A stretch of 64,000 nucleotides of DNA from a virus. The position numbers and the translations under genes were made by a program. Numbering within the stretch: position 1 is the first letter of the stretch; the number at the start of each line of letters is the position of its first letter. Location of the stretch: positions 64,001 to 128,000 of IMG/VR virus record IMGVR_UViG_3300024999_000044; one strand, given 5' to 3'. Shown here piece after piece: positions 39,824-48,497 of this stretch. The notes beneath the pieces are model-generated. The model saw nothing but the letters and a program-made list of their open reading frames with translations. It made no database searches and was not told the origin of the DNA.

Positions 39824-41995
39824 ATGGCTAAAGATCTAATACAGATAACAAGTGGTTCAATAACCAGTGTTGATAAATTAAGATCCTATGAACCTGGTTA
39901 TGTGGTGGCTGAAGAGGAGCTATACATTGGTACCCCTGGTGGACCAAAGAAAATGACCTCTAAAAAAGAGGTTGGTAGTGTGGCAGAGCTAAATACAGTA
40001 GATAAGTCTAGCTTAGTTAAAGCGGTTAATGAAGTTAGGGGTGGTGTGTTAGATTTAGCCGGGATTGGTAGAACCACTGAGACCCTAAAGGGGGTTTCGG
40101 ATTCTCTTGTTTCGTTCAAGGCAGAGAATACGTTAGAGTTAACATTGAAAGCATCAACGGACTACGTTGACACCAAAATTGCTACGGTCGCAAGTGGATC
40201 TCCTAAAGGCGTATATGCAACATTAATTGATCTGGAAACTGCTTTACCGACTGGAGACACTGGCATCTACCTTGTTACAACAGATGGAGAGTGGTACTAC
40301 TGGAATAGTGCATCTTGGGTATCGGGAGGCATTTATCAGGGGTCAGGAATAGCAGACGGATCGGTCACTAGAATAAAGGCTGACTTTATGAAGGTTGGGG
40401 TAAACCTATTTAATGAAGATGATGTAACAGATAGTTTTTTCGCAAGGTCGGATACAGGAGTATTACAAGCGAGTGCAACTTATTCAGTTTCCGACTTTAT
40501 ACCTGTAACAGCCGAAACAGCTTATATTTTATCATCTATCGAACTTCTACCTTTCTATGATAGTAGTAAGGTATTTATTAGTGGCTTATCCCAAGCCACA
40601 TTAATTGCTGCTGATGGTAAATTTACCACTCCTGTGGGGGCAGCATATGTTAGGGTTAATACTTTAACCGCAAATTTAGCAATTCAGCAGTTAGAACTAG
40701 GCAGCATAAAGAGCTCATACGTATCCTATGATAAGTTTTTTATAGAACCAGATGTGATTAAAACATCTGATTTTGACGTTTTAGTCAATGCTACCACCTT
40801 ATCTGGTACCGTGGGTAAAGTGGTAAATATTTTGGATGATATTCACAATTTATTCAATAAAAGTACCGCAACATCTGGTAAATTTGCGAAATACACTGAT
40901 GGAACATTAGGGACAAACGCTTCATATACCGTTTCAGACTATATCCCAATAACGGCAGAAACGCCTTATACAATCAATTTTAATGAGCAAGTTGCGTTTT
41001 ATAATAGTAGTAAGGTATTCATTAGTGGGTTGTCTCAGGCTCAGTTGATTACGAGTAAGGGATTGCTTACGTCACCTGTTAGTGCCGTATTTATTAGGGT
41101 TAATACATTAACGGTCAATTTATCTGCTTTTGTTTTTATGCAAATAGATTATGTACCGCCAGTAGCAATACCTGACGGTTATTTGGTCAAAAAAGCTAAT
41201 ATCATTATCCCAAAGGGATTCATCGAGGTAGCAAAGCGTTGGGGGGATTTCAGTTCGATTGTTACTGCGATAGCCAACGCAAACGATTCAGTTAATAACC
41301 CTGTCACTATTAAGATTTATCCTGGAACGTACTATGAGAGAATCCTCGTCCCTGTTGGCAGGTATATCTCTTTGATAGGCGTAAATAAACTATCCTGCAT
41401 TATAAGGGACGATACTGCACAATATCCGATCTCTACCCTTGATTATAGAGGGATAGGTAGAATTGAAGGGTTATCTATTATTAACACTTATGACGATTTA
41501 GTAGACCCTGTTCTGCAAGACTTATACGCGTATGCTGTTCATTTAGATTATGAAGGAGCAGGAGATGTCGAACTCTTTAATTGTCTTATGAAATCTAATA
41601 CATCAGCAGCAGTTGGCATTGGTTTACATCAAGATCAATCCATAAAAATAGATAATTGCGAAATGTATGCCTATACGGATGTTGGTGTATCTCATACAAT
41701 TAATGGTGCATTACTTTGCCATTCTGGGGCTGGAGCCGATGTAACTGGTCAAAAATTTGAAGCTAGAAATTCTCTGTTCAGATCCGTAAATAATAAAGTT
41801 GTGAGTATTACGGATGATTTGAGTTCTGGTGACGTAGGAATGGATGTTACTTTTATAGGTAACACAGGGTATTGCGACCAGAATGGAATTACTAACGTAG
41901 TTAGTATAACAGCAAAAACGACAGGTAATTTGTCGGGCAAGATCAATTTAACTCCTTGGAGCCACGGTAACAATTTGGTTGAACTTAATGCGTAG
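39824..41995 (+). CDS. tail fibre/tailspike with internal duplicated domain and C-terminal pectin-lyase-like beta-helix
   Basis: N-terminal anchor homologous to the 33432 ORF; two approx. 70-aa repeats (ATYSVSDFIPVTAETAY...VRVNTLTANL / ASYTVSDYIPITAETPY...IRVNTLTVNL); C-terminal beta-helix-like region. Confidence 0.55.
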   Translation: MAKDLIQITSGSITSVDKLRSYEPGYVVAEEELYIGTPGGPKKMTSKKEVGSVAELNTVDKSSLVKAVNEVRGGVLDLAGIGRTTETLKGVSDSLVSFKAENTLELTLKASTDYVDTKIATVASGSPKGVYATLIDLETALPTGDTGIYLVTTDGEWYYWNSASWVSGGIYQGSGIADGSVTRIKADFMKVGVNLFNEDDVTDSFFARSDTGVLQASATYSVSDFIPVTAETAYILSSIELLPFYDSSKVFISGLSQATLIAADGKFTTPVGAAYVRVNTLTANLAIQQLELGSIKSSYVSYDKFFIEPDVIKTSDFDVLVNATTLSGTVGKVVNILDDIHNLFNKSTATSGKFAKYTDGTLGTNASYTVSDYIPITAETPYTINFNEQVAFYNSSKVFISGLSQAQLITSKGLLTSPVSAVFIRVNTLTVNLSAFVFMQIDYVPPVAIPDGYLVKKANIIIPKGFIEVAKRWGDFSSIVTAIANANDSVNNPVTIKIYPGTYYERILVPVGRYISLIGVNKLSCIIRDDTAQYPISTLDYRGIGRIEGLSIINTYDDLVDPVLQDLYAYAVHLDYEGAGDVELFNCLMKSNTSAAVGIGLHQDQSIKIDNCEMYAYTDVGVSHTINGALLCHSGAGADVTGQKFEARNSLFRSVNNKVVSITDDLSSGDVGMDVTFIGNTGYCDQNGITNVVSITAKTTGNLSGKINLTPWSHGNNLVELNA

Positions 41996-42031
41996 TTGAC
42001 AGAAAAAGCGAAACAACTCTCTGAAATCATT
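41991..42031 (+). repeat. 41-bp element, copy 2, overlapping the stop codon of the second fibre gene
   Basis: see 35062-35102. Confidence 0.9.
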
Positions 42032-42101
42032 GAACCCAGAGACTCTTTAGGTATAAGTTTCTTCTCGACGAGTATGCCCTAACTTTACGGGGGAACTCAG
42101 A

Positions 42102-42143
42102 AATATTCTGAACAACCCTTCTTTTCTATAAAAAAGAAGGGTT
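42102..42143. terminator. strong bidirectional Rho-independent terminator closing the structural module
   Basis: 14-bp perfect stem acaacccttctttt/aaaagaagggttgt, loop ctat, then gttttatt. Confidence 0.7.
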
Positions 42144-42594
42144 GTGTTTTATTATATGAAGAGAGTCAGCATAACATTCCTAAATGAAGAAATTCTACAT
42201 TCCATACAAGAATGCTACCCTAATATTGAAGTTAACACGCTGAGACCCTGATATCAGACATACTTACCAAGTACCACTCCAGTCCTGAGCACCAAAAATT
42301 TTCTACCCCTGACCTTAATAACGGAGCTCCCTTGTCTTATGCACAATCCCTTCTTGTACATTCAGATCCATTATCCACTCAAGTGTATGCAACGATAACA
42401 GATGAGAATAGGAAGAAATCATACAACAGATATCATTCCCAATAGCATAGATTTAGTATCAAGAACCTAAAATTAGTAACTGGGAGGGCAAATCTGATGG
42501 ACCTGTTTCACTTCCATACCTAAACGAGAATTTAAATAATAGACATGTTGTATTGTAGCATATAATAGGTAGCATATAAAGGGGGAGTGCACAT

Positions 42595-42894
42595 ATGGGT
42601 GACATAGAAGTTAAGGCACTAAAAGAAGATATTGCTGAGATAAAAGCCAGTCTAAAGGAAATCTTTACTATGGTCAATGACATGAGGGTATCTATAGCCG
42701 GTGAATATGTCACCCGTAAAGATAAGTCAGATTGCCAAAAAGAGGTATTAACCTTAATAAAAAAGTACGAAGAAAACTCCTCGTCACTAATCAAGGACCA
42801 TGAGGAGAAAGACCGCACTACCCGCAGATGGTGGGCGGGGTATATAATAACTTCTGCTGGAGTTCTCATGACAGCTATTAAACTTTACATGTAA
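42595..42894 (+). CDS. XhlA-like protein (coiled-coil N-terminus, C-terminal transmembrane helix)
   Basis: 99 aa; architecture like Bacillus PBSX XhlA; C-terminal 'WWAGYIITSAGVLMTAIKLYM'. Confidence 0.45.
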   Translation: MGDIEVKALKEDIAEIKASLKEIFTMVNDMRVSIAGEYVTRKDKSDCQKEVLTLIKKYEENSSSLIKDHEEKDRTTRRWWAGYIITSAGVLMTAIKLYM

Positions 42895-42904
42895 GGAGTC
42901 ACTA

Positions 42905-43285
42905 ATGAAAACATTTAATGACTGGCTGGGGAATAAACTATCTTATGGTTTGTCTACTATGGTGACCTTCTACATCATTTCTACATTTGTCTTAATACCT
43001 CTATTATTCCAGAGACCTCATGATTTGGTAGGATGGGTGCAATACATTGTACAATCCTTTTTTCAAGGAGTAGCACTTCCCGTGCTCGCCTATGTTGCCC
43101 GCATAGCGGGCGAACGGCAGGAGCTAGTTCTAAAAGAGACTCATGATATTGTTATGGAAGAACTTAATAAACACTCACTGGAAATGAAGGAACTAAAATA
43201 TCTACACAAATGTCATCATGATACCTTGAAGGAAATGAAATTACTGAACAACAATTTAACTAATTCATGCAACAAAGGAGAATAA
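42905..43285 (+). CDS. two-TM membrane protein (holin candidate)
   Basis: 126 aa with two hydrophobic helices and charged C-terminus. Confidence 0.4.
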   Translation: MKTFNDWLGNKLSYGLSTMVTFYIISTFVLIPLLFQRPHDLVGWVQYIVQSFFQGVALPVLAYVARIAGERQELVLKETHDIVMEELNKHSLEMKELKYLHKCHHDTLKEMKLLNNNLTNSCNKGE

Positions 43286-43287
43286 CA

Positions 43288-43782
43288 ATGGATGCACAAA
43301 TTACGGCATTCCTAAATGATGCTATAAAGTTAATTGGTGGCATACTAATGACATTTATAGCAGCCTATGTGAAACAGCATTATACTGCAAAACAGGTGGA
43401 AACCTCAAAGTCTTTAGCCAAACTAGGTGTAAAATTTGCTGATGAACTGCAACATACTTTGGGGATTAAAGGTGAAGAGAAACTTAATGCTGCTATCGAG
43501 CAGGCAAAGCTACAAGTTGGTTCTTTTGGTATTAAGCTAAGTGACGAACAATGGTCTGGCCTAATAAAATCTGTGTTAAATGAGTCTCGCTCAATATACA
43601 ACGCTACACAGGGAGGATCACAAACTATAAAATCCTCCACAGGTTCTCTTCAGCAGTCTATAACACAAGCCATAGAATCACAGATACAATCCACTGCCCA
43701 AGATGCCGCTAGTAAAGCCATACAGGGAGTTATAGACAAGACCATACAAGATGCAGTCAATCAAGTTACAGAAACCACGTGA
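43288..43782 (+). CDS. membrane protein with N-terminal TM and long hydrophilic tail (holin-like, LL-H-type architecture)
   Basis: start moved to ATG after aaaggagaataaca; one TM helix 'LIGGILMTFIAAYV'. Confidence 0.4.
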   Translation: MDAQITAFLNDAIKLIGGILMTFIAAYVKQHYTAKQVETSKSLAKLGVKFADELQHTLGIKGEEKLNAAIEQAKLQVGSFGIKLSDEQWSGLIKSVLNESRSIYNATQGGSQTIKSSTGSLQQSITQAIESQIQSTAQDAASKAIQGVIDKTIQDAVNQVTETT

Positions 43783-43801
43783 TAAATAGGTTCATCTAGG
43801 T

Positions 43802-43836
43802 AAACCTCCGAAATGCACTCGGAGGTTTATTTTTTA
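43802..43836 (+). terminator. Rho-independent terminator
   Basis: aaacctccga/tcggaggttt stem followed by attttttat. Confidence 0.7.
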
Positions 43837-43920
43837 TGCGCTGCCACAATTCTATACACACCATTACAGGTGTCAGATAATAAATCTCAGCTTTTATCTT
43901 TAATAAAAAGGAGGTACACA

Positions 43921-45516
43921 ATGATCACAATAGAAATTTCCAACTTAAAGTGTAAAATTACAGGTTTGGATGAGAAGATGACTAAAGTTTTAGATAAATC
44001 CCTATCAGTCCTTACACCAGGGCATGAATATTCTCCGAGTTTTAAGAAGGGGTTCTGGGATGGTAGGACAAGATTTTTTACCAGGGGTTCCTTCCCTACT
44101 GGGTTGTTAAGTGAAGCTCTAACTGCAGTATATACTGAGGCTAAACAAGAGATAAAATTCATAGATAAAAGAAAACCTTTGCAATATGTTAAACCTGAGG
44201 AGCAGATACTGCTCTCAGATGAAAAATTAGGTAGCATAGTTCTTAGAGACTATCAATATGACTCAGTTGTAAAAGCTCTAGAATTAGGGAGGGGAGTTAT
44301 TAATATAGCCACTAATGGCGGTAAAAGTGAAGTAGCCTGTGGTATTATTAAGCAACTTCTCCCACAATTAAAAAAAGGCGAGAAAATAACATTCTTCACC
44401 CACTCTAGGGAAATACTTATACAATCCCATGCACGATTGGAATCTAGGTTAGGCATAAAAATTGGTATTATTGGGGATGGTAATTGGGAAGAACAAATTG
44501 TTACTATTGTTATGATACCGACTATTGGTAAATATCTTAGGCTTCCTGAGGAATTGCCCAAAAATAAGAGCCGTACTCTATTAGAGGCCAAAGTTAAGAA
44601 GCTAGTATCTGAATTACGTCACAACCCACACAGTATACTACTTACTAACCAAATAGCTGAAGTTAAGGATAGAATACAAGAACTAGAAGATATGGAGTGG
44701 ACAAAACTTAAGAATAATGTATCAAAGGCTAAGGCCTATCTTAAAAGTGTAGTAGCCTTTATAGGTGATGAAGTGCATCACGCTTCTTCTACATCTTGGT
44801 ACGATGTATTTATGTCCATGTCTAACGCATACTGTAGATTTGGATTGACTGGAACAGTAGACCAGTCCCAGCCGTTAGCCGTAAAACGGCTGTTTGGCTG
44901 CACTGGTCCTATTATAACAAAGATAACCAACAAGTTTTTAATAGAAAACGGGTATTCTGCTAAACCTGTGGTTCATTTTCTAGAAGTGAGCGAAGACCAT
45001 GATGTCGGAAATGTAGAATACCAAGAGGCTAGATCTCTAGGCATTATTCAGAATGACCATAGAAATATGAAGTTCATAGAACAAATAATAAAAAGAGCAA
45101 AGATCGGGAAACAGTGTTTAATTATTGTGAACGAGATTGAGCATGGCAACACCATACTTGAGATACTAGAGCCTCTTAACATGTCTGTTATGTTTAGCAA
45201 TGGTAAGGAAACTGGTAAATTTAGGGATAAAGCCCTTAATGGCCTAAAATCCGGTGAGCTACAGATGCTTATAGCAACCCCCATACTGGATGAGGGGGTT
45301 GATGTTTCTGGTATTAATTGTCTATTTATATTAGCTGGTGGAAAGTCTATGAGACAATTGCTTCAGCGTATAGGTAGAGGATTGAGAAAGAAAGTAGATG
45401 GGAGCTGCCTTGAAATATATGATTGCATAGATTACCACAATGAGTATCTTTTAGAGCACTCCATGGAAAGGTTAAGAATATGTCAAGAAGAAGAGTTTGA
45501 AATTCATAGGTTATGA
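43921..45516 (+). CDS. SF2 (DEAD/DEAH-box type) DNA helicase
   Basis: Walker A 'TNGGKSEVA', motif II 'FIGDEVHHASS', motif III 'GLTGT', motif VI 'QRIGRGLR'; start moved to ATG after aaaggaggt (track 43813). Confidence 0.7.
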   Translation: MITIEISNLKCKITGLDEKMTKVLDKSLSVLTPGHEYSPSFKKGFWDGRTRFFTRGSFPTGLLSEALTAVYTEAKQEIKFIDKRKPLQYVKPEEQILLSDEKLGSIVLRDYQYDSVVKALELGRGVINIATNGGKSEVACGIIKQLLPQLKKGEKITFFTHSREILIQSHARLESRLGIKIGIIGDGNWEEQIVTIVMIPTIGKYLRLPEELPKNKSRTLLEAKVKKLVSELRHNPHSILLTNQIAEVKDRIQELEDMEWTKLKNNVSKAKAYLKSVVAFIGDEVHHASSTSWYDVFMSMSNAYCRFGLTGTVDQSQPLAVKRLFGCTGPIITKITNKFLIENGYSAKPVVHFLEVSEDHDVGNVEYQEARSLGIIQNDHRNMKFIEQIIKRAKIGKQCLIIVNEIEHGNTILEILEPLNMSVMFSNGKETGKFRDKALNGLKSGELQMLIATPILDEGVDVSGINCLFILAGGKSMRQLLQRIGRGLRKKVDGSCLEIYDCIDYHNEYLLEHSMERLRICQEEEFEIHRL

Positions 45517-45690
45517 GAAATTATTAGCCTATGCTGGATTAAAATTCATACATTAAGTATGAATTTTAAATTTAAGTATCTTAAGTATTAAGTTATCTAT
45601 TTTAACTTCTTTTTTTTTAGTTTAATTTTTTTAATACCTAAATTATTTAATTTGGCGAAGCCAATAAGTTAGTACACAGGGAGTGGAGAG
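45517..45690. promoter_or_regulatory. AT-rich intergenic region with 23-bp palindrome and TTAAGTAT iterons: candidate origin/operator region
   Basis: aattcatacattaagtatgaatt palindrome (45543-45565); ttaagtat x3 plus variant; T9 tract; next to helicase genes. Confidence 0.4.
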
Positions 45691-46461
45691 ATGATACAGA
45701 GAACCTCGATCAAAATAGTCAGGATTAGTATAAAAGTACTACGTGTCTCAATAAAATTACCTATGCTATTAAAATGTTACATCTTAAAGGAACAGCTAGA
45801 CGAGTTTACCAGAGATTATGACTCTCATAAAATACAGCAGTATTACGAAAAATTGGTGTGTAAAAGTATGGGGTGGGGGTACTACAGGAGCAGTGATAAA
45901 AACTGGACACACTTTGTAAGGGTCAGAGAGATATGCAGAATGAAAGATTGGGATTATCAGATATACCTTGATGCTCAATTTCAAGGCCTGTTAAATTATA
46001 GACCCTACCCCAGCATGCTGTATTCAAAGAGAGCATTAGTGACTTTCACTAATTACCTCGCCACCATAAAAAAGAACTATAGGGGGACGCTCGATTCTGC
46101 CAAGAAACAAAAAGGAAAGAAACTCCTCAGCCTAGAGAAAGAAGTGGTAGAGTCTATTGTATCTTCTGTGGAGACTCTATCCAGTTACATACAGAATAAC
46201 AATGATGAGGAAAAACGTGCACAGGTTAAAATATTAAAGCTGTATCACTCTTGGGAGCAATATTCTCCTTATTACTTGTATAGCCTCCCGTGGTTACATG
46301 ACATGTTGAAGGCAAACGAACTCATGGAAGGTAAAAAACTAGATGAACTCAGGCATGTGTGGGAATTAATAGAGAAAAGCAAGAGAATACGGGAAATTGT
46401 GTATTCCACCGTTGCCCAGTCGGAATCACATTTTGGAATACCTGGTAACTTAAAGTTGTAA
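45691..46461 (+). CDS. hypothetical protein (possible helicase loader by position upstream of the DnaB-like helicase)
   Basis: 256-aa ORF; no ATPase motif; position only. Confidence 0.45.
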   Translation: MIQRTSIKIVRISIKVLRVSIKLPMLLKCYILKEQLDEFTRDYDSHKIQQYYEKLVCKSMGWGYYRSSDKNWTHFVRVREICRMKDWDYQIYLDAQFQGLLNYRPYPSMLYSKRALVTFTNYLATIKKNYRGTLDSAKKQKGKKLLSLEKEVVESIVSSVETLSSYIQNNNDEEKRAQVKILKLYHSWEQYSPYYLYSLPWLHDMLKANELMEGKKLDELRHVWELIEKSKRIREIVYSTVAQSESHFGIPGNLKL

Positions 46462-46534
46462 CACAAAAGAGACAACTTTTAAGAGGTTGGGTTTTTTAAT
46501 TTTCAGTAGGCTCGTCGGGAGGGGCGCATGATAG

Positions 46535-47866
46535 TTGGCTAATGACGTATATAAATTTTCAGAATCTTTTCAGTTAAAAATACTAGCCCTACTAACTAGA
46601 CGCAAGGACATATTTATCACCTATCGAGAAGTTGTTAAGCCCCAATATTTTAGAAAGGATATACATGTTGACCTAGCCAGAATCATCTTTGCTCTTTACG
46701 ATAGGGAAATAGACCGATCTAGTGTACACGGAACAGAAGTTAATAGTCCCACATTTGATATGTTAATGGAGGAAGTGCGTAAATTATGCAATGGCCCAAA
46801 GGCTAAGTTAGCTGGTCGGTATGCATTGGACGTTTCTGATATCACAGAAATGGACTTATCAGATGCTGAATATGTAAAAGACTCTATTATTGCATTTGGT
46901 AAGCGTAGTGCTATGGAACATGCTATACTAGCCAGTGTGGATGTAATCGAGAAAGGTACAGAGGATTACTCAGACATCGAGGATATGATCACCAAGGCTA
47001 TACGAGTGGGGGATGATATAGGAGATTTAGGCACAGATTTCTTTGAAGATGCTGAAAATCGTATGAAAATATATTCCACTGGAACAGACGGGGTGAGACG
47101 TATCTCAACTGGAATGGTTGGGTTGGATAAAGTAATGCATGGGGGGCTTGGAGATGGGGAATTAGGGGTTGTAATTGCACCTCCTAATAGAGGTAAATCC
47201 ATAGCCTTAATAAATATTGGATCTGGTGCAGTTTTAGAAGGCTTTAATGTGGCTCACTTTACCTTAGAAATGCCTCAAAAACAAGTAGCCAAACGATATG
47301 ATAGCAGATTAACTAAAAAGAACTTCGATTACTTAAAGGAGAACAGCTCTAAAGCCTTAGGTGCTATTCTTAATATACAGAAGTTGCACAAAGGTAAACT
47401 TTACATCAAGAAATTTCCTGCTAACACTTGCACTATTAATACTCTCAAATCATATCTGACCAGACTCTATATTGAAAAAGGATTTAAGCCAGACTTGATT
47501 ATTGTTGACTATGGGGATTTAATGCAGCCGTTAAAGTCCTATAAAGATAAGCGTTTTGAAGTAGAGTCGGTTTATCTAGATTTGAGAGAGTTGGGGTGTG
47601 AGTACAGTTGTCCTGTATGGACTGCTTCACAAACTAACAGAGGAGGTCTAGATAAAAAGATCATATCAATCGGGGATTTAGCCGAAGCCTTTAATAAGGC
47701 TAACATTGCTGATTGTATGGCCGCTTTGTGTCAGACCCTGGAGGAAAAAGAGGATGGGACCATGCGCATCCACGTAGCAAAGCACCGGGATGGAGTTGCC
47801 AGTATAACTCTTCCAGCAGACATTGATTATCCGACCTATAATCTCACTGTGTATGATAAGGAGTAA
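46535..47866 (+). CDS. dnaB: DnaB-like replicative DNA helicase
   Basis: 'GLDKVMHGGLGDGELGVVIAPPNRGKSIALINIG' (RecA-like Walker A as in the DnaB C-terminal domain), 'LIIVDYGDLMQP' Walker B-like. Confidence 0.65.
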   Translation: MANDVYKFSESFQLKILALLTRRKDIFITYREVVKPQYFRKDIHVDLARIIFALYDREIDRSSVHGTEVNSPTFDMLMEEVRKLCNGPKAKLAGRYALDVSDITEMDLSDAEYVKDSIIAFGKRSAMEHAILASVDVIEKGTEDYSDIEDMITKAIRVGDDIGDLGTDFFEDAENRMKIYSTGTDGVRRISTGMVGLDKVMHGGLGDGELGVVIAPPNRGKSIALINIGSGAVLEGFNVAHFTLEMPQKQVAKRYDSRLTKKNFDYLKENSSKALGAILNIQKLHKGKLYIKKFPANTCTINTLKSYLTRLYIEKGFKPDLIIVDYGDLMQPLKSYKDKRFEVESVYLDLRELGCEYSCPVWTASQTNRGGLDKKIISIGDLAEAFNKANIADCMAALCQTLEEKEDGTMRIHVAKHRDGVASITLPADIDYPTYNLTVYDKE

Positions 47867-47881
47867 GGAGGCAAAAGCATA

Positions 47882-48036
47882 ATGCAATGTAAGTACTGTT
47901 TAGAAGAAATGGAGTTTGACTCATCAGAGGGCATCTCCTATGCTGAGTCACACCATTATATCTGTTTAATGTGTGATTCCCAGGTTACCATACATGAGAA
48001 TGGGGAAGAAGATGATTGGACTCAAGGGGGTAAATA
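47882..48036 (+). CDS. possible small zinc-ribbon protein (51 aa)
   Basis: CKYC ... CLMC pair; RBS ggagg; not in the ORF track. Confidence 0.3.
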
Positions 48037-48041
48037 AATAA

Positions 48042-48497
48042 ATGAGTGAGTGTAAAAAATGTGGAACGTGCTGTAAAGTAATATATTTACCAATATCTCC
48101 AGAGAAAGTAGAGGCTATATCAAAAGATACAAATTCCCCAGATCACGCTAACGCTAAATTTGTACATGAGAATTGGATACCCTTATCCACAGAGCAAGCT
48201 AGAGAATTTAACCCTTTTGTGGTAAGCCAAGTGGATGAGTGTGGTAGATCCTTGTATTATTACTCTTGTACTAGACTGGACTCGGTAACAAATCTGTGCA
48301 CCGTTCACGACTCCCGACCTCAGGTGTGTGTTGACTATCCCTGGTATGGTAGACCTCCCCATCCTAGTGAAATGTGGTACACTCCTGATTGTGGTTATGT
48401 AAGAGACTATGATGAATGGGTGAAAAATGGAGAACCTACTAAAGTATTGGAAATGATAGATGGGACATATAGATTGAAGGAGGTTAAGTTAAAGTGA
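48042..48497 (+). CDS. CxxCxxCC-motif protein (YkgJ/UPF0153-like putative Zn/Fe-S binding)
   Basis: 'CKKCGTCCK' N-terminal motif plus distal Cys 'CTVHDSRPQVC'. Confidence 0.5.
   Translation: MSECKKCGTCCKVIYLPISPEKVEAISKDTNSPDHANAKFVHENWIPLSTEQAREFNPFVVSQVDECGRSLYYYSCTRLDSVTNLCTVHDSRPQVCVDYPWYGRPPHPSEMWYTPDCGYVRDYDEWVKNGEPTKVLEMIDGTYRLKEVKLK

Noticed and set aside
43813-43920. N-terminal 36-aa extension of the helicase ORF in the track
   Set aside because: The extension spans the upstream terminator hairpin and lacks an RBS. ATG at 43921 has a perfect aaaggaggt RBS.
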